DNA of 63,839 nucleotides, the filler included, from Basidioascus undulatus (Eukaryota), in NCBI GenBank assembly GCA_000826855.1. It is 10 parts of 10 records of this genome, joined end to end, with 100 filler letters (N's around TTAATTAATTAA, not from the genome) between each part and the next. Parts side by side here need not be neighbours in the genome. Positions count along the whole stretch, not along the records: positions 38,613 to 63,839 come from JTLS01000222.1; 9 more parts are not named here. One strand, 5' to 3'. Below are positions 47,894 through 60,300 of this stretch, piece by piece. Position 1 is the stretch's first letter, and every line of letters begins with the position of its first letter. The notes under the pieces are model-generated. The model was not told where the DNA came from and made no database searches. It saw only the letters and a list, made by a program, of their open reading frames with translations. The translations under genes were made by a program, and so were the position numbers.

Positions 47894-49889
47894 GATGATG
47901 GCTGCAGGACAAGATGCGGGTTCAGCATTCACAGCAAAAATCAACAAGGGGTCCAAAGGCGTCCGCAGCCGTACGCACCGGCCGATAAGATATGCGAGGC
48001 GGAGAGATGCGTTGAGCGAGGAGCGGTGTCGTGGGCGGTGTCGTGATCGTCAGGCCGTCGTTACGTTGTTCGTGGTGGTCGTAGATAATCAAGCCGGAAA
48101 GCGTGCTTGGTCGCTGTCCAAAGAAGGCCGGCTGAGCGTCAGGATCTGGTCTGGCAGCAAGCGGAATGGCGCGGCTGGATGTGCTCACAGGCGAGACACG
48201 TCCAGACAGGGGCGAGATCGGTTGTGGCGTCGGTCGTGGGACTCTGGGTCTCCTTTCGGAATGCGCCGCGTGGAATTGCAAAAATATGCGGAATAGATAT
48301 GTGGTCGGACCCGCCGAAGTGCGTGTAGAGCGATTGAATGAGTCGTACTCTGGGCGATAGATGGTGGGTGTTGAAAGGAAGGTCGAGAGGGTCCTTTGGC
48401 GCCAGCAGGCGCTGCGCAGCAGTCGTGCCAATTTGTTTCGCGTTGCGAGGACCCTCGACCACACTAAAGACCGACCTGTTGGACCGAAATACTTGCTTCA
48501 AACGCTCTGAGCTGTGCGGGTGTCGTAATAACGCGGTTAGGTAGTAGACCGATCCGAGGCGAAGCGAATAGGACCCTTGCCAACTTGCCAACACCCGCTT
48601 CGCGTCTGCACATTGAAAGGACGCCTGAAGTCCTCGTTGTTCGCTGCTAGATCAGGAAAACCGCCATTCTGGTTGTACCTCATCTGAACAGCAGAGCGAG
48701 TTGCCAGCGAGCGTGTTCGCCTTCCCCCACTGCATGGTGTGAGAGGCTCTGACTGCCCCTCCTACATTCGGAGATCCGTAGCATTCGACATATATCAGAT
48801 GCTTGCTCTGGTGCTCACGGGACAAAGCTCTTGCGTCTTTCAATGACTGGACCGCCAAAGTCTCCTGGCCTGACATCATGCCGACTAACGAGCGCGAGGT
48901 GAGAGCGCAAGCTCGGCCGCCTTATGTTCAAAGCGGGTGATGGCATACTAATGTCGTGAATGGGGCTTAGGATGAGAATCTAGAGTTTCTGATAACACTG
49001 AGGGTGTGTGGCTGCGCCAATGGAAGTGAGGGTTCTTATCGGTTCCGTCGAAGGCCGTCAAGTTGAATACGCCAGTAACGCTCGAGGCTGCCTTCTAAAC
49101 ATGCTCCCGCTTGGTTCCGCCCTCGATAAAAGTTTGGATAACTTCAAATTGTTGAGTTACTGATGAACTCGGGTTTGAGTAGGTCAACAGACGGGGAACA
49201 GGCTGTGCAGTGCAATATCCCGGTAAGCAGCGTTCGGGAAGGTCAGATCTTGGCCGACCAAGTCAAACACACCCTGACTGCATGGATAGTATCGTTGGAT
49301 CAGTCTGTGTGCGGAACAAGTGCATCAGACAAGGTGAAGGGATTATCAAATTTATGTGTGGCATGGGGCACGGCCGAGCTGCGAACTTCGCGGCTCTTCG
49401 CAACGGCTGGCTGTGAGTGTGCTCATCCAGGCCGGAGATGGCCATCAACTCATGCGAGTTGAGAAGGCAGACAGATATAATTCTTAGTTTTTCATGGTAA
49501 CGGCATGAAAAAAATGAACGAAGTGTTGGTGTTGTTGGGCGTTCAGCGGTCGTCGCTGAAGGCGGGGACCCAGTTTCGCTTCAGGGCCGGTCCAGGGTCC
49601 GAGACGCATCTAGTAAGGATACTCATATGAGGAAGCGGTGGCGAGCGATCCGACGCGCGTTCTGCGGTCGCGGCTCTCCCTCTTCCCACCATCAACCTCC
49701 CCAGTTCCCTCCGCGTTCGTGTCACCCTTCCTTCTCCTCTCGTCGCCCGTCCGCCCGCCTGCACCGTCTGGTCTCGTGGCGCGGTCGTTTGCCCTTATTT
49801 CGCGTATAGAGACGCTGCAGAACTCACGAGACTCCCTTGCCTCCTTCTCTCCGGGACTGGCTGCTGCCGTGTCTTTGTAGATTCCAGTC

Positions 49890-51171
49890 ATGTCCGCTTC
49901 CAAGATCTACGTTGGTTCGTGACTCTTGTCTGCACCCGCTCCTAGCGGGCTTGCCTGTGCTGCTCGTCTTCCGGCGGGCGTGTTGACTGATGCTTGGCTG
50001 GTTGGTGCTTGGTCGTTTGACTCCCCGTTAGGCAACCTGTCGTGGAACACCACCGACGACAGCCTCGCCCAGGTTCGCTTGCTTGCTGTTTTGACCACTG
50101 GGTTTTTGGACAGGAACGGCATGGGAAACTGATACGTTGCGACGTGAAGGCTTTCTCCGCCTTCGGCACCATCACTGACTTCATCGGCGAGTCTCGTTCT
50201 GTCTGTGACCTTACGCGCTGAGTCTGAAGCGGTATCCCTTGAGCAGTCATGAAGGTTAGTCGACTGTCGAATGGAGGATGCGTGGCGTTTGAGCGCTGAC
50301 GCCACCCTCACTCGCCTAGGACCGTGAGACCGGTCGCTCGCGTGGCTTCGGCTTTGTGCGTTACTTCGGCCCCGACGTTGAGTGTAGCAAGCATTGCTGA
50401 CATCGTCACCGATTTGAAGGTCACCTTCTCCAACGAGCAGGAGGCGCAGAACGCCATCGACAAGATGAACGAGACCGAGCTTGTTCGTCGTCGTCCACTT
50501 GGGCACCAACGCAGACTCGTCGTTACTGACCGCTCGTTCTCCCAATCCCCTCTCTCGCTTAATCGCCTTCGCCGATCTGCCATCATCTTTCGCCTTCGTC
50601 CTCGTCCTTGCTCTGCATCCCTGCTCGATATCTTTCGCCCATTCGATGACGTCAGGACGGCCGCCGCGTCCGCGTCAACCTCGCCAACTCCCGTCCCTCC
50701 GGCGGCGGTGGCTTCGTGCGTGATCGTTTATCGAGATGTTGGGCCTTGTTGCTGACCCTTCACGTTCCATACAGGGTGGCGGCTACTCCGGCGGCGGTGG
50801 TAATTTTCCCAGAGCTTATCGTCGGGGGCGCGTTTACTGACAATGCCTGTCTTAGGCGGCTACGGCGGTGGCCAGGGCGGCTACGGCGGCGGTATGTGAC
50901 GCTGATTCACACAAACGATGTTGAGCTGACTTGAACTCGTCGCTGTGGGATAGGCTACGGCGGCCAGGGCGGCTACGGCGGTGCGCAGGGCGGCTACGGC
51001 GGTGCGCAGGGCGGCTACGGCGGTGCCCAAGGTGGCTACAGCTCCGGCGGTTCGTCGGTTTCCTCCTTACCCCGATATCATTATTCACGCCAGCGATCGT
51101 TTCCAGGCTACGGCGGCCAGGGCGGCTACGACAACGCCCAGGGCAGCTACGGCGGCCAGGGTGGCTACTAA
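49890..51171 (+). CDS. Glycine-rich RNA-binding protein (single RRM + GGY tail), 11 exons
   Basis: RNP2 'KIYVGNLSW', RNP1 'RSRGFGFVTF', 'LDGRRVRVNLA', tandem GGYGGAQ repeats, TAA 51169-51171. Confidence 0.93.
50953..51040 (+). repeat. 21-bp coding tandem repeat (GGCGGCTACGGCGGTGCGCAG)n
   Basis: Encodes GGYGGAQ units in the Gly-rich tail. Confidence 0.85.
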
Positions 51172-52069
51172 GCGTATCGCCCTCGTTCGAGGATCTCAAC
51201 GCTCGCGCTTCGCCCTCTTGTACCTTAAAAACGTTCTCTTCTTCCCAGCATCATCTTTGGTCCCCGTTTGATTCCACCCCACGTCCCTCACACACTCCCG
51301 TTTGATGTCTTTGAATACCGTTCGCGAGGACTTTCCGTTGATCCCGTTGTACTTGTACGCCGCGCATTGCCTCGATCAGCTCCGCTCGCCACCGTCCCGT
51401 CTGTACTCCGCTCTTGCCATGGGTTCTCCGCTGTAACCAAGCAACCTCGCATTCCGCCCTTCCCCCTTCCCACCCCTCGTTTTCCCGCCCTGTCCTGGCT
51501 TGTGCCTCTCCGTTTTTGCCCCTTCTGTCGCTGCTCGCTTTTCGCTTGGACCATGATGCTGGCATAAACATAACTGGCTTTGTTGCTGACACGCTGTATT
51601 TGCGTGTGCCTCAGGCTTGGTTCGCGACTTGAGGTCAAGTGCATGCTGTCGCGTTGAGCGGACGTTTACACGAAACGATGTGCAGGGCTGGACCTCAGCC
51701 GCCGACGTGGAAGCGGCGGGACCTCTTCTGAGCTGTCCCTGAGGCCTTCGCGCAGCCACGGCATATGTACCCTCGAGTGGTGTGTGTGTGTGATGAGGCG
51801 GGGGTCGACGAAGACACGTAGTTACGCGGACAGGTTCCACGTTGCACGGCTCTGCAGGGCTGTAGGTCTTCGGACTCCCTTCACGTCGCCTATGAAAGTA
51901 TGCACGCAGATATTTATGTACATTCCCTATTGACGTGGATCTTTGTGCAAATAAAAGGGCCGTGCTGTTGTTGCATTGCTTCTCGAACCCAACCCCCTCG
52001 AATCTACAGCCTCGCTTTCGCCCAGCTCGTCCTTCCCAGAGACCTTATCGCCTACAGCGTCATCGCTCC

Positions 52070-53792
52070 ATGGAGAATTCCAATTCAATGGTGCGATACT
52101 TCCACTCGCTGCTCGTCCATCCTTTCGTGCTGATCGGCGAGGCATTGCAGTCGCCGCCGTCCAGTGCCATCAAATATGCCCAAGCAGCGGGGCAGGCCTT
52201 CGTTCTGATCCGTACAACAGCACTTCCTCTCCGTATATGGACATGAGGTCTAACATGGAAAATAACCCGGATGAGCAGCTCAACACCCTTCGATACGCCT
52301 GGAACAACGTGGACTCCCTTCTCTATGGGTGCGCAAACCCCGCTATTAGAGCTCCAGGAAGAAGAAGACTAATGCATCTGGAATGTAAAGACGGTTTATC
52401 ATTGCTTCCATTTTGATAGGCAAGCCGTCAATTGAGCTTGGCTGCGTGGAGACAACGCTGACTTGAAGGCTTCGACCCGGCAATCGTGCACTTGGCTGCA
52501 ATGTGAGTGACAGTCATTGCTTCTGCCCTGAACACGCACATGCTTATCTGAAGCGGAATCAGCGTCTCTGTGTGCGATACCGGGTGCCAGGCGGGACCTG
52601 GTGGATCTGCCTACAAACGTGAGTGTCCGCAATGCCAGTGTGATGTGATGTTTATAACTGATGCCACAGCGAGTGGGGTAGTAGCCTACTTGGGGGCTGC
52701 GTAGGTGAATAAAACGAGCCGCTTGGTATATATGTGTGTCCCGACGACTTATCTGCCTGATTGAACAGGATTTCGTACTTCCTCAACGTCTGCAGGACGC
52801 TTGGTATTCCGAAGCTGAGCGCCTCGTGGATGATGCGAGCTTTCCTGGATAAGGTGAGTACCTCATTTACACCGATTCAAACTTCTCTGGCAAAGTATTC
52901 ACGAAATCCCTCCTTTGCATGACGTCCAATATTTCCTTCTCGCACTCCTCTGGTTCTACGTGGGTTCATCCGCCCTGGCTTATTCCATTCCACTAAAGCT
53001 TCCATACTTACCTCGGTTCAATTCACAGACCAAGCCTGTGCCTCGTGAGATCAAAAACATGTCTGCACTGCATCTGTGATTCCAGGCTGACACCTCTCTC
53101 TTACCAGTCACCTTGCTGCCATACGCGACCCTTGCCACTTCGATTTCCTCTACGTCGTCCAAACGAACTATCATCCCTAGCATCTTCGAGCTGTACTCTA
53201 CCTCTAAACCCACGGACTCCAAGAAGAAAGAGGACCCGTCCGAAGGCGCCGCTGCAGCAGGTTCGACGATCAGTGCAGGGAAGGGAGCGGCAGCCCAGCA
53301 GGCCATATCGAAGTGGGTTCATGACAATCAGGCCCTAGCTTGTGACTTCCACTGTCGTACATCCGCATTAGCCAGCTTTGACATACTCTATGTTTTCAGT
53401 GCGGTTCATCGCGTATTCGGAACACGTCATCCTCGTCCGTCTGCTGGCGCTTGCTCTTGTGTACGCCCCTTCTCATTAGCATATCTGCATCTCCGATGAT
53501 AGCTCAAAGTGTTAAATGATACCCCATCTTTCAGGATCAATGCCAACTTCATCCACCTCCTCGGCTACGCGTTCTTCCTGCTCTACCGCTAACTCAGCTC
53601 GCCGTCCACGCGTGAGCCATTTGAGAGCGTCGGTCGGCGGATCGAGGGCGTGACTGCCTCTCAGGAGACGGCGCACAAGCTGTGGTGCCTGACCCGACGG
53701 AGTTTGAACTGGTCGATCGGCCGGACGGCGCGTCGGAGTCGGACCAGACGGTTGGGACGCCAGCTGAGCAGGAGGAGCTGAAGGCGCGCTAG
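52070..53792 (+). pseudogene. Pom33/Per33/TMEM33 (UPF0121) family pseudogene
   Basis: Colinear exons 'SYFLNVCRTLGIPKLSASWMMRAFLDK', 'VTLLPYAT..IIPSI', 'ISKWVHDN', 'RFIAYSEHVILVRLL', 'LLGYAFFLLYR*LSSPSTREPFESVGRRIEG'. In-frame TAA at 53590-53592. Confidence 0.65.
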
Positions 53793-54304
53793 CGGAGGAT
53801 GCCTTGTTGGAATAAAGTGCTTGTAGATGGGGGAGGAAGCTTTGGACTTTTATAGCTATGTGTGCTTATGTGGTTGGGCTGGTCCGGACATCTCCAGCGC
53901 CTCAAGGATGTTGTCATGTTGGAACGAGAACATCGGTGTTCTTCAAAGATTGGGCGAGAGCGCTCAGATTGACGCATGTGTGACCTTCATGAATGCAAGA
54001 AACACCCTTTCTGATTTCAGTATCCCTAGAAGAGGTCCGCGCCCTGAAAGTTTGGACAGTCGCTGTTCTGCTTTAGCCTTTGGGTTGCCTGGTTTTCGTC
54101 TTGCTGTCTCTTTGACGAACATGTGAAACACATTCTCCTTGGGGGTTTTTCTTCCCGTGGTAATTTCTTGACAGCTCAGTAATCCTGTTGCGTGTCCCGC
54201 CGGATTCCACCGCCGAAACAGACAGCCAAGTGACGGTGACCGGTTGTCGCAGCTTCGCTCGCGTCCTGTTTTCCGAAGATCCTATACCCCGGAAATAAAA
54301 CGAC

Positions 54305-56175
54305 ATGTCGGTATACACTCGTTATTATTTTAGGGAACACCCTCAACGTGCTCCTTCGCAGGACGTTCTCCCCCGACCTGGACACGTGGATCGCGCAGCT
54401 TCTGGACTGCAAGAAGCTGGGGGAGGACGAGGTGAAGCGCCTGTGTCGCATAGTATCCTTTGGAGCTTTTAATTAACCTGGGGGATCGTGGCTGATGGCG
54501 ATGAGCTGTGCGCAGTCCAGGGAGCTACTGATGGGCGAGGAGAACGTCCTCGCTGTTCCGGCGCCGGCGACGGTTGTTGGCGACATTCACGGGCAGTTTG
54601 TGAGTCTTCCTTGAGTGGTACCTATTGGTGAGAGGGGTTGATTGATGGTTTGTGGCTCGGCAAGACGATCTGATAGAGCTCTTCCGGATGGGGGGCAACA
54701 GCCCCTCCACAAATTACATCTTCATGGTTCGTCCTGCAGCCATCTCGCTTGACACGGCCGAACGAACCTTGACAGCAGTGTGAAGGGCGACTACGTGGAT
54801 CGTGGCTGTACTATTCCTCTCTCCCGCTTACCCAATCTCCTGGAGCTCATACTTCATACCTCGCAGATCACTCAGTCGAGACCGTCTCGCTCGTCCTGGC
54901 ACTCCAGGTCCGCTACCCGTCGCGCGTGCAGGTCCTCAGGGGCAACCACGAAAGCCTGCAGATCACGCAGGTGTATGAATTTTGAGACGAGTGCATGCGC
55001 AAGTATGGGAGTAGGAATATGTGGGGGTGGTTCACGGTGGGTTCGGGTAGCCTGTTTCTCGGCGTGGCTGGGCTACGGGGGAGGAAGTTCATTGATGGGC
55101 GTGAGGGGGATGCCAGGAGGTCTTCGACTGCAGGCCGCTTGTCGCCCTGGTAGATAAACATGTTCGCAATATTTCCGGTTTCCTATACTCCGTCGTGACT
55201 CATAAGAGCTGTTTGCAGATTCTGTGCATCCACGGCGGCCTCTCGCCTTCCATCGACACGCTCTACCACATCCGCGCTATGGGTCAGCTGTTTCTTGCAA
55301 TTACCCGAGAAGCCCCAAACTGACGTGCGGCAAGCATCATACCGCTTCAAGAAGTGCCGCACGAGGGGCCGATGTGCGACATCGTCTGGTCGGACCTGGA
55401 CGACCGGCAAGGCACGCTTGCTTCCTGTCCTCTCGTGGCCCTTTTACTTGCAAGTTCTGAGCTTTGACCACCCTTGACAGGCTGGATAGTCTCTTCGCGT
55501 AGGTCAAATTCTTGCACAAAGGAAAGCGCAACACGATCGGGCGTTAACATGCAGGGCGCTGCAGGCGGAGCCGAGTATACATTTGGGCCCGACGTGAGCG
55601 GGCAGTTCAACCACAGCAACGGGCTGAGCCTAATCGGTCAGTGTTTTCTATGAAAAATTGAGAAGAAGGAGGACTCAGTACTCTGGGATCGGGTACTTAC
55701 AGCCAGAGCACACCAGCTGGTCATGGATGGATACAGCTGGAACAGCGACCGTATAGTTGTTACGATCCTTTCGGCTTCCAACTAGTATGTCTCTTACCTC
55801 CAGTGCTGCTCCTTCCATGAAGCTGATCTCGCCTGTTCCAGCTGCTACCGGTGCGCTGACAACTCATTCGCTCTCCGAGCTGCGTACTGACGTGCGAGAC
55901 GGACCACGCAGTTGCGGCAACCTAGCGGCTATTATGGAGCTGGATGAGAGGCTCAATTACAAGTTGTGAGATCTCAAGTCCTTCGCCTTTCACTTCCCAG
56001 CTTGAGAGATCCCCAAGTTGATAATCAATGCGGGCGTCTGCCACCAGCCTACAGTTCGAACCTGCGAGCGTGCCAGCTGTTTCGAGTAGCGTCCGGACTA
56101 TGTGCGTTGGGCCTCATTCTTGTGCTCAGGGGTGTAATTTGGCATACGTGGAGGTGTGGGAGGCAGTTCTTGTGG
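54305..56175 (+). pseudogene. PP2A catalytic subunit (PPP family) intron-retaining pseudogene
   Basis: GDIHGQ, GDYVDRG, RGNHE, HGGLSP, '[10 protein letters not shown]', '[11 protein letters not shown]', 'YCYRCGNLAAIME' and PDY/FL all present. In-frame TGA 54983-54985, broken frame or acceptor at about 55340, frameshift before PDY, terminal stop replaced by TGG. Confidence 0.9.
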
Positions 56176-57395
56176 GGCAGGGAGTGGCTGTTGAACTGGG
56201 TACATGTGCCGCTGACACTTGGAGACTCGTGTCGTGCGCTATCGGTCACTATTAGGTACATAGACTGCATAGTGCAACAGACGAAAAATGACAGATGCCT
56301 CTGAGCCAGAGAGCCAGCCAGCCTCCCTGCAGCGGAGTGCGGACCTATTGCATTCACTTCACCCGCCTTCTTCGTTCTTTCTGAGAACATTGAGCAAGAA
56401 AGAGGCTGAGGCACAAGGTTTGTGGCACAATTGCGAGTCAATGATCAATCAGCGATTCAGCATGCCGTGCGGGCTTGGCCGGCGCCGACGATGCATCTTT
56501 CAAGAAGGAGAGAAGCAAAAAGCGGTTCTTCGGAAAGTGTTAGCGAGCGGGTACTTTTCCATGGAAGACGTTGTGCTGGGCGTGTCATAGTTCTTTCTCC
56601 TTCGTTCGGCATGGCATCTACCGCCGCTGCTCTCGAGCTTCGCGGATGTTCTTCCCACCTCGCGAGTTTTGCGTTCCGCAACACAAGGCCAAAAACGTTC
56701 GCAGATAAAGCTGTGTGATTGGCGTTGTTCGGTCAGCCTGGATTTTACTGAACCCATGAGAAAATGATGATGAGGAAGGCGAATCAAAGGCGCAGAAACA
56801 AGGCTATTCGTCTAGAAGACCAATTTCAGACGTGCCAAGGCCGGGTAATACGACTAGAGTACTGGCACAGCTAAAGGGGCTGCCGATCATTCCAATAGGG
56901 TCCGTCTGAGAAGTCGATCGATGCCTTCGAGCTTTCAGCGACTGCAGTTGCCACTCGCTTGATGGGCTATGAATTGTGAGGAATAAATGATTGCAATGGG
57001 TAATATGATCTGAAAGAAACAGTGATAATAGATATGGCAGGGGGGAAGGCTGCGCAAGGGTGGGATATGGGATCTGGCGGTCAACGGAGGCAGGCGCACG
57101 CCAACGCGTTTCTTCGTTTGAGAACACTTCCATCGACGGTCGTTCTCGTTTCTAGCTCACGACCCGCCATCGCCATGCTGCTATTTCCCTTTGACCAGCT
57201 TGATCTCTGTCTCCGTCTGCACAGCAACTGCAATCTCTCCTTCTTATTTCCACCATCTCATCGCCACCGCCAGCGACATCGACCCAGACTCAAAAGAAAG
57301 CGACCCGCCCGTGTTCATCCGGGTAGCGGTCCATCCGACCCCCTAGCACAGCCTCCTCCTCCTTCCCGCTCCTCCATCCCTTGACGCCGGCAGCC

Positions 57396-60300
57396 ATGGC
57401 TCCCCCTTCGACTCCCCCTGATCTCCCCACGATCGTTACCACCGATCTCTCAAACGCCCCCCCTTCGTCTCCCCCGCCAGGCCAGCAGCAGTCGCCCTCC
57501 TCCCCGCCAGCCACTCCACCATCAGGCGGGGGCTCGGGTTCAGGATTCGTCCCAGGCCACAGGCAGCAGGACTCGCTCACCGTCCCCGGCTCGCCCCTCC
57601 TCTACGTCCCCGGCCGCGCGCCCTCCCTCGACAGCCCCTCCGACACCTCCGCGCCGTCCTCCCCGACCCTCTCCTTCGCCTCCTCCGCCGGCGCACCATT
57701 CGCGACCTCCGTCGCCCTCCGCGACAACAAGCCCGACGCCAAGTCTGGCGGCTGGGGCAGCAGCAGTGACGCTGCCTCCATCTCCACCCACGGCCGCAAG
57801 CCGTCCCTCTCCTCGTACACCACCGAGCCGGACGCGCCCGCGAACGGCGCGAAGATGGCCGACGGCGATGAGTCGGGCTCCAAGGAGGGCAACGGACCCG
57901 TGGACCTGACACAGCTGGAGGCCGACCGCCGGGTGATCGACGACCTCGGCGCGTTCCACTTCCAGCCGTGGGAGCTGTCCGAGGTCGTCGCGCACAAGGA
58001 CTTCCCCAAGCTCGCTGAGATGGGCGGTACGCCCGCCGTCCTCGAGTCCCTCGGCACGGACGAGCAGCGCGGTCTTGCGCCCCCCGCGTACGAGTTCTAT
58101 GGCCACGGCGGAGGCGGTCCCCCGCCCCTGGGCAGGGCGGGCTCGCCTGCGCAGGCCAACGGCGACGAGCGTGTTCGCGTCTACGACAAGAACGTCATCC
58201 CCCCCAAGCCGACCAAGAACCTCTTCCAGCTCATGTGGCTCGCTCTCCAGGACACTGTTTTGGTGCGTTGCTCGTCTTGGACTGGCTGGACAGAGAACGG
58301 GAGGTTGACCCGCTGTGGGATGATGTGCAGATCATCCTCTCCGTCGCCGCCGTCGTCTCCCTCGCGCTCGGCATCTACTCGGCCACCGGCGTCAAGCACG
58401 CGCCCGTGCCGTGCTATAACCCCGAGACGGACGACTACTCGGGCCGGTGCCAGGAGCCGCAAGTCGAGTGGGTCGAGGGCGTGGCCATCATCGTCGCCAT
58501 CCTCATCGTCGTCCTCGTCGGCGCCGGCAACGACTACCAGAAGGAACTTCAGTTCAAGAAGCTCAACGCTAAGAAGGAGGACCGCACGGTCAAGGCCAAG
58601 CGCGACGGGCGCGAGCAGTTCATCGACGTCAAGGTCCGCCCTTTCCCCCTTCCCCTTTCCCCTTGCCTTCCCTCGCGTACACGCTGACTTAGGCGCGCCG
58701 ATTTTGTTGCCTTTTTAATGCACAGGACGTGCTAGTCGGCGACATTCTCTACTTGGAGACGGGCGAGATCCTCCCCGTCGATGGCATCTACCTCCGCGGG
58801 CACAACCTGCGCTGCGACGAGTCGGGCGCGACGGGCGAGTCGGACGCGATCAAGAAGTGCACGTTCGGCGAGATGGGCGCGTATCTCAAGGAACACGGCG
58901 ACAAGGACGCGTCCAAGGGCAAGAGCGCAAAGCAGGACTGCTTCCTCCTCTCTGGCGCCAAGGTCCTCGAGGGCGTCGGCGAGTACGTCGTCACGTCCGT
59001 CGGGCCCCAGAGCTTTAACGGAAAGATCTTGCTTCGTGCGTATTTTCTCTCTTGCGTTCGATTCGACTTGAGAGCTGCGAGCTGATGGCCTCCCGGTTGG
59101 CGAGCCAGGCCTCCGCACCGATCAGGACCCCACTCCTCTCCAGACCAAGCTCAACCGCCTCGCCGAACTCATCGCCAAGCTCGCATCCGCCGCCGGTCTC
59201 ATCCTCTTCATTGCGCTCATGATCCGCTTCCTCGTCGGCTTGAAGACCGACCCCAATCGGTGAGCGGCAGTCTCCCGGCCTTGTCTTGTGTTTCGGACCA
59301 GTCACTGACTTTTCTGCTTGATTGAAGCTCTGCGGACGAGAAGGGCCAGGACTTCATCCAGGTCTTCGTCATCTCGGTTACTGTCATTGTCGTCGCTGTC
59401 CCTGAAGGTGCGCAGAGGCCGTTCGCAGTGTATGGGAGGTGCATGTGAGAATGTGGCCTGATGTGGACGGTTCTCTTTGCCAGGTCTCCCGCTTGCGGTC
59501 ACGCTCGCCCTCGCGTTCGCGACCAAGCGCATGACCAAGCAGAACCTTCTCGTCCGTCTCCTCGCGTCCTGCGAGACCATGGCCAACGCGAGCGTCATCT
59601 GCACAGACAAGACTGGTACTCGTGCGTAGCTTCTTCCCTTTCTCTTGAGTCCAAAAGCTGCGAGCTTACCTGATTCCGGTCTGATCGCAGTCACTCAAAA
59701 CGTTATGAGCGTCGTCGCCGGCTCGATTGGCATCCACTGCAAGTTCGTCGACCGGCTCGAGGAGAACGAGGGCCGCGCGAACGCGAACGAGGAGGGCGAG
59801 GGCGAGGGCTCTCGCAAGACCCCGCGCACGGACTTCGCGATCGACATGGCCAAGCTCTCCTCCGTCACGGGCGGCGCGCTGCGCAAGCTCCTCTTCGACA
59901 GCATTGCGATCAACTCGACCGCGTTCGAGGACGTCAACCGCGAGACGGGCGAGACAGAGTTCGTCGGGTCCAAGACGGAGACCGCGCTGCTGCGGTTCAT
60001 CAAGGAGCAGGGCTGGGCCGACTGGCGCGAGGTCCGCGACGGCGCGGACATAGTCCAGATGGTGCCGTTCTCGTCCGAGCGCAAGGCGATGGGCGTCATC
60101 GTCAAGATGGCCGACGGCAAGCACCGCCTTTATCTCAAGGGCGCGTCCGAGATCCTCGTCAAGGCCTGCACGAAGCACGTCGTCATCGCCGAGACGGGCT
60201 CGGAGGACGACGCTGGCGCGTACGCGGACGGCGAGATCGACGCCGTCGAGTTCGACGACGCGAGCAGGAACAACATCGACCGCACCATTATCTTCTATGC

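Noticed and set aside
46319..48046. 575-aa plus-strand ORF, and similar long ORFs such as 27977-29356 (-), 4970-5827 (-) and 31104-31964 (-)
   Set aside because: Antisense shadows of GC3-rich genes on the opposite strand; no independent motifs.
50856..51168. GGCGGCTACGGC repeats separated by unique spacers (CRISPR-like look)
   Set aside because: They are GGY-coding exons separated by introns in a eukaryotic gene; no cas genes.
54983..54985. In-frame TGA in PP2A as selenocysteine or readthrough
   Set aside because: It aligns to a Tyr rather than a Cys, and the gene has additional frameshifts and damaged motifs.
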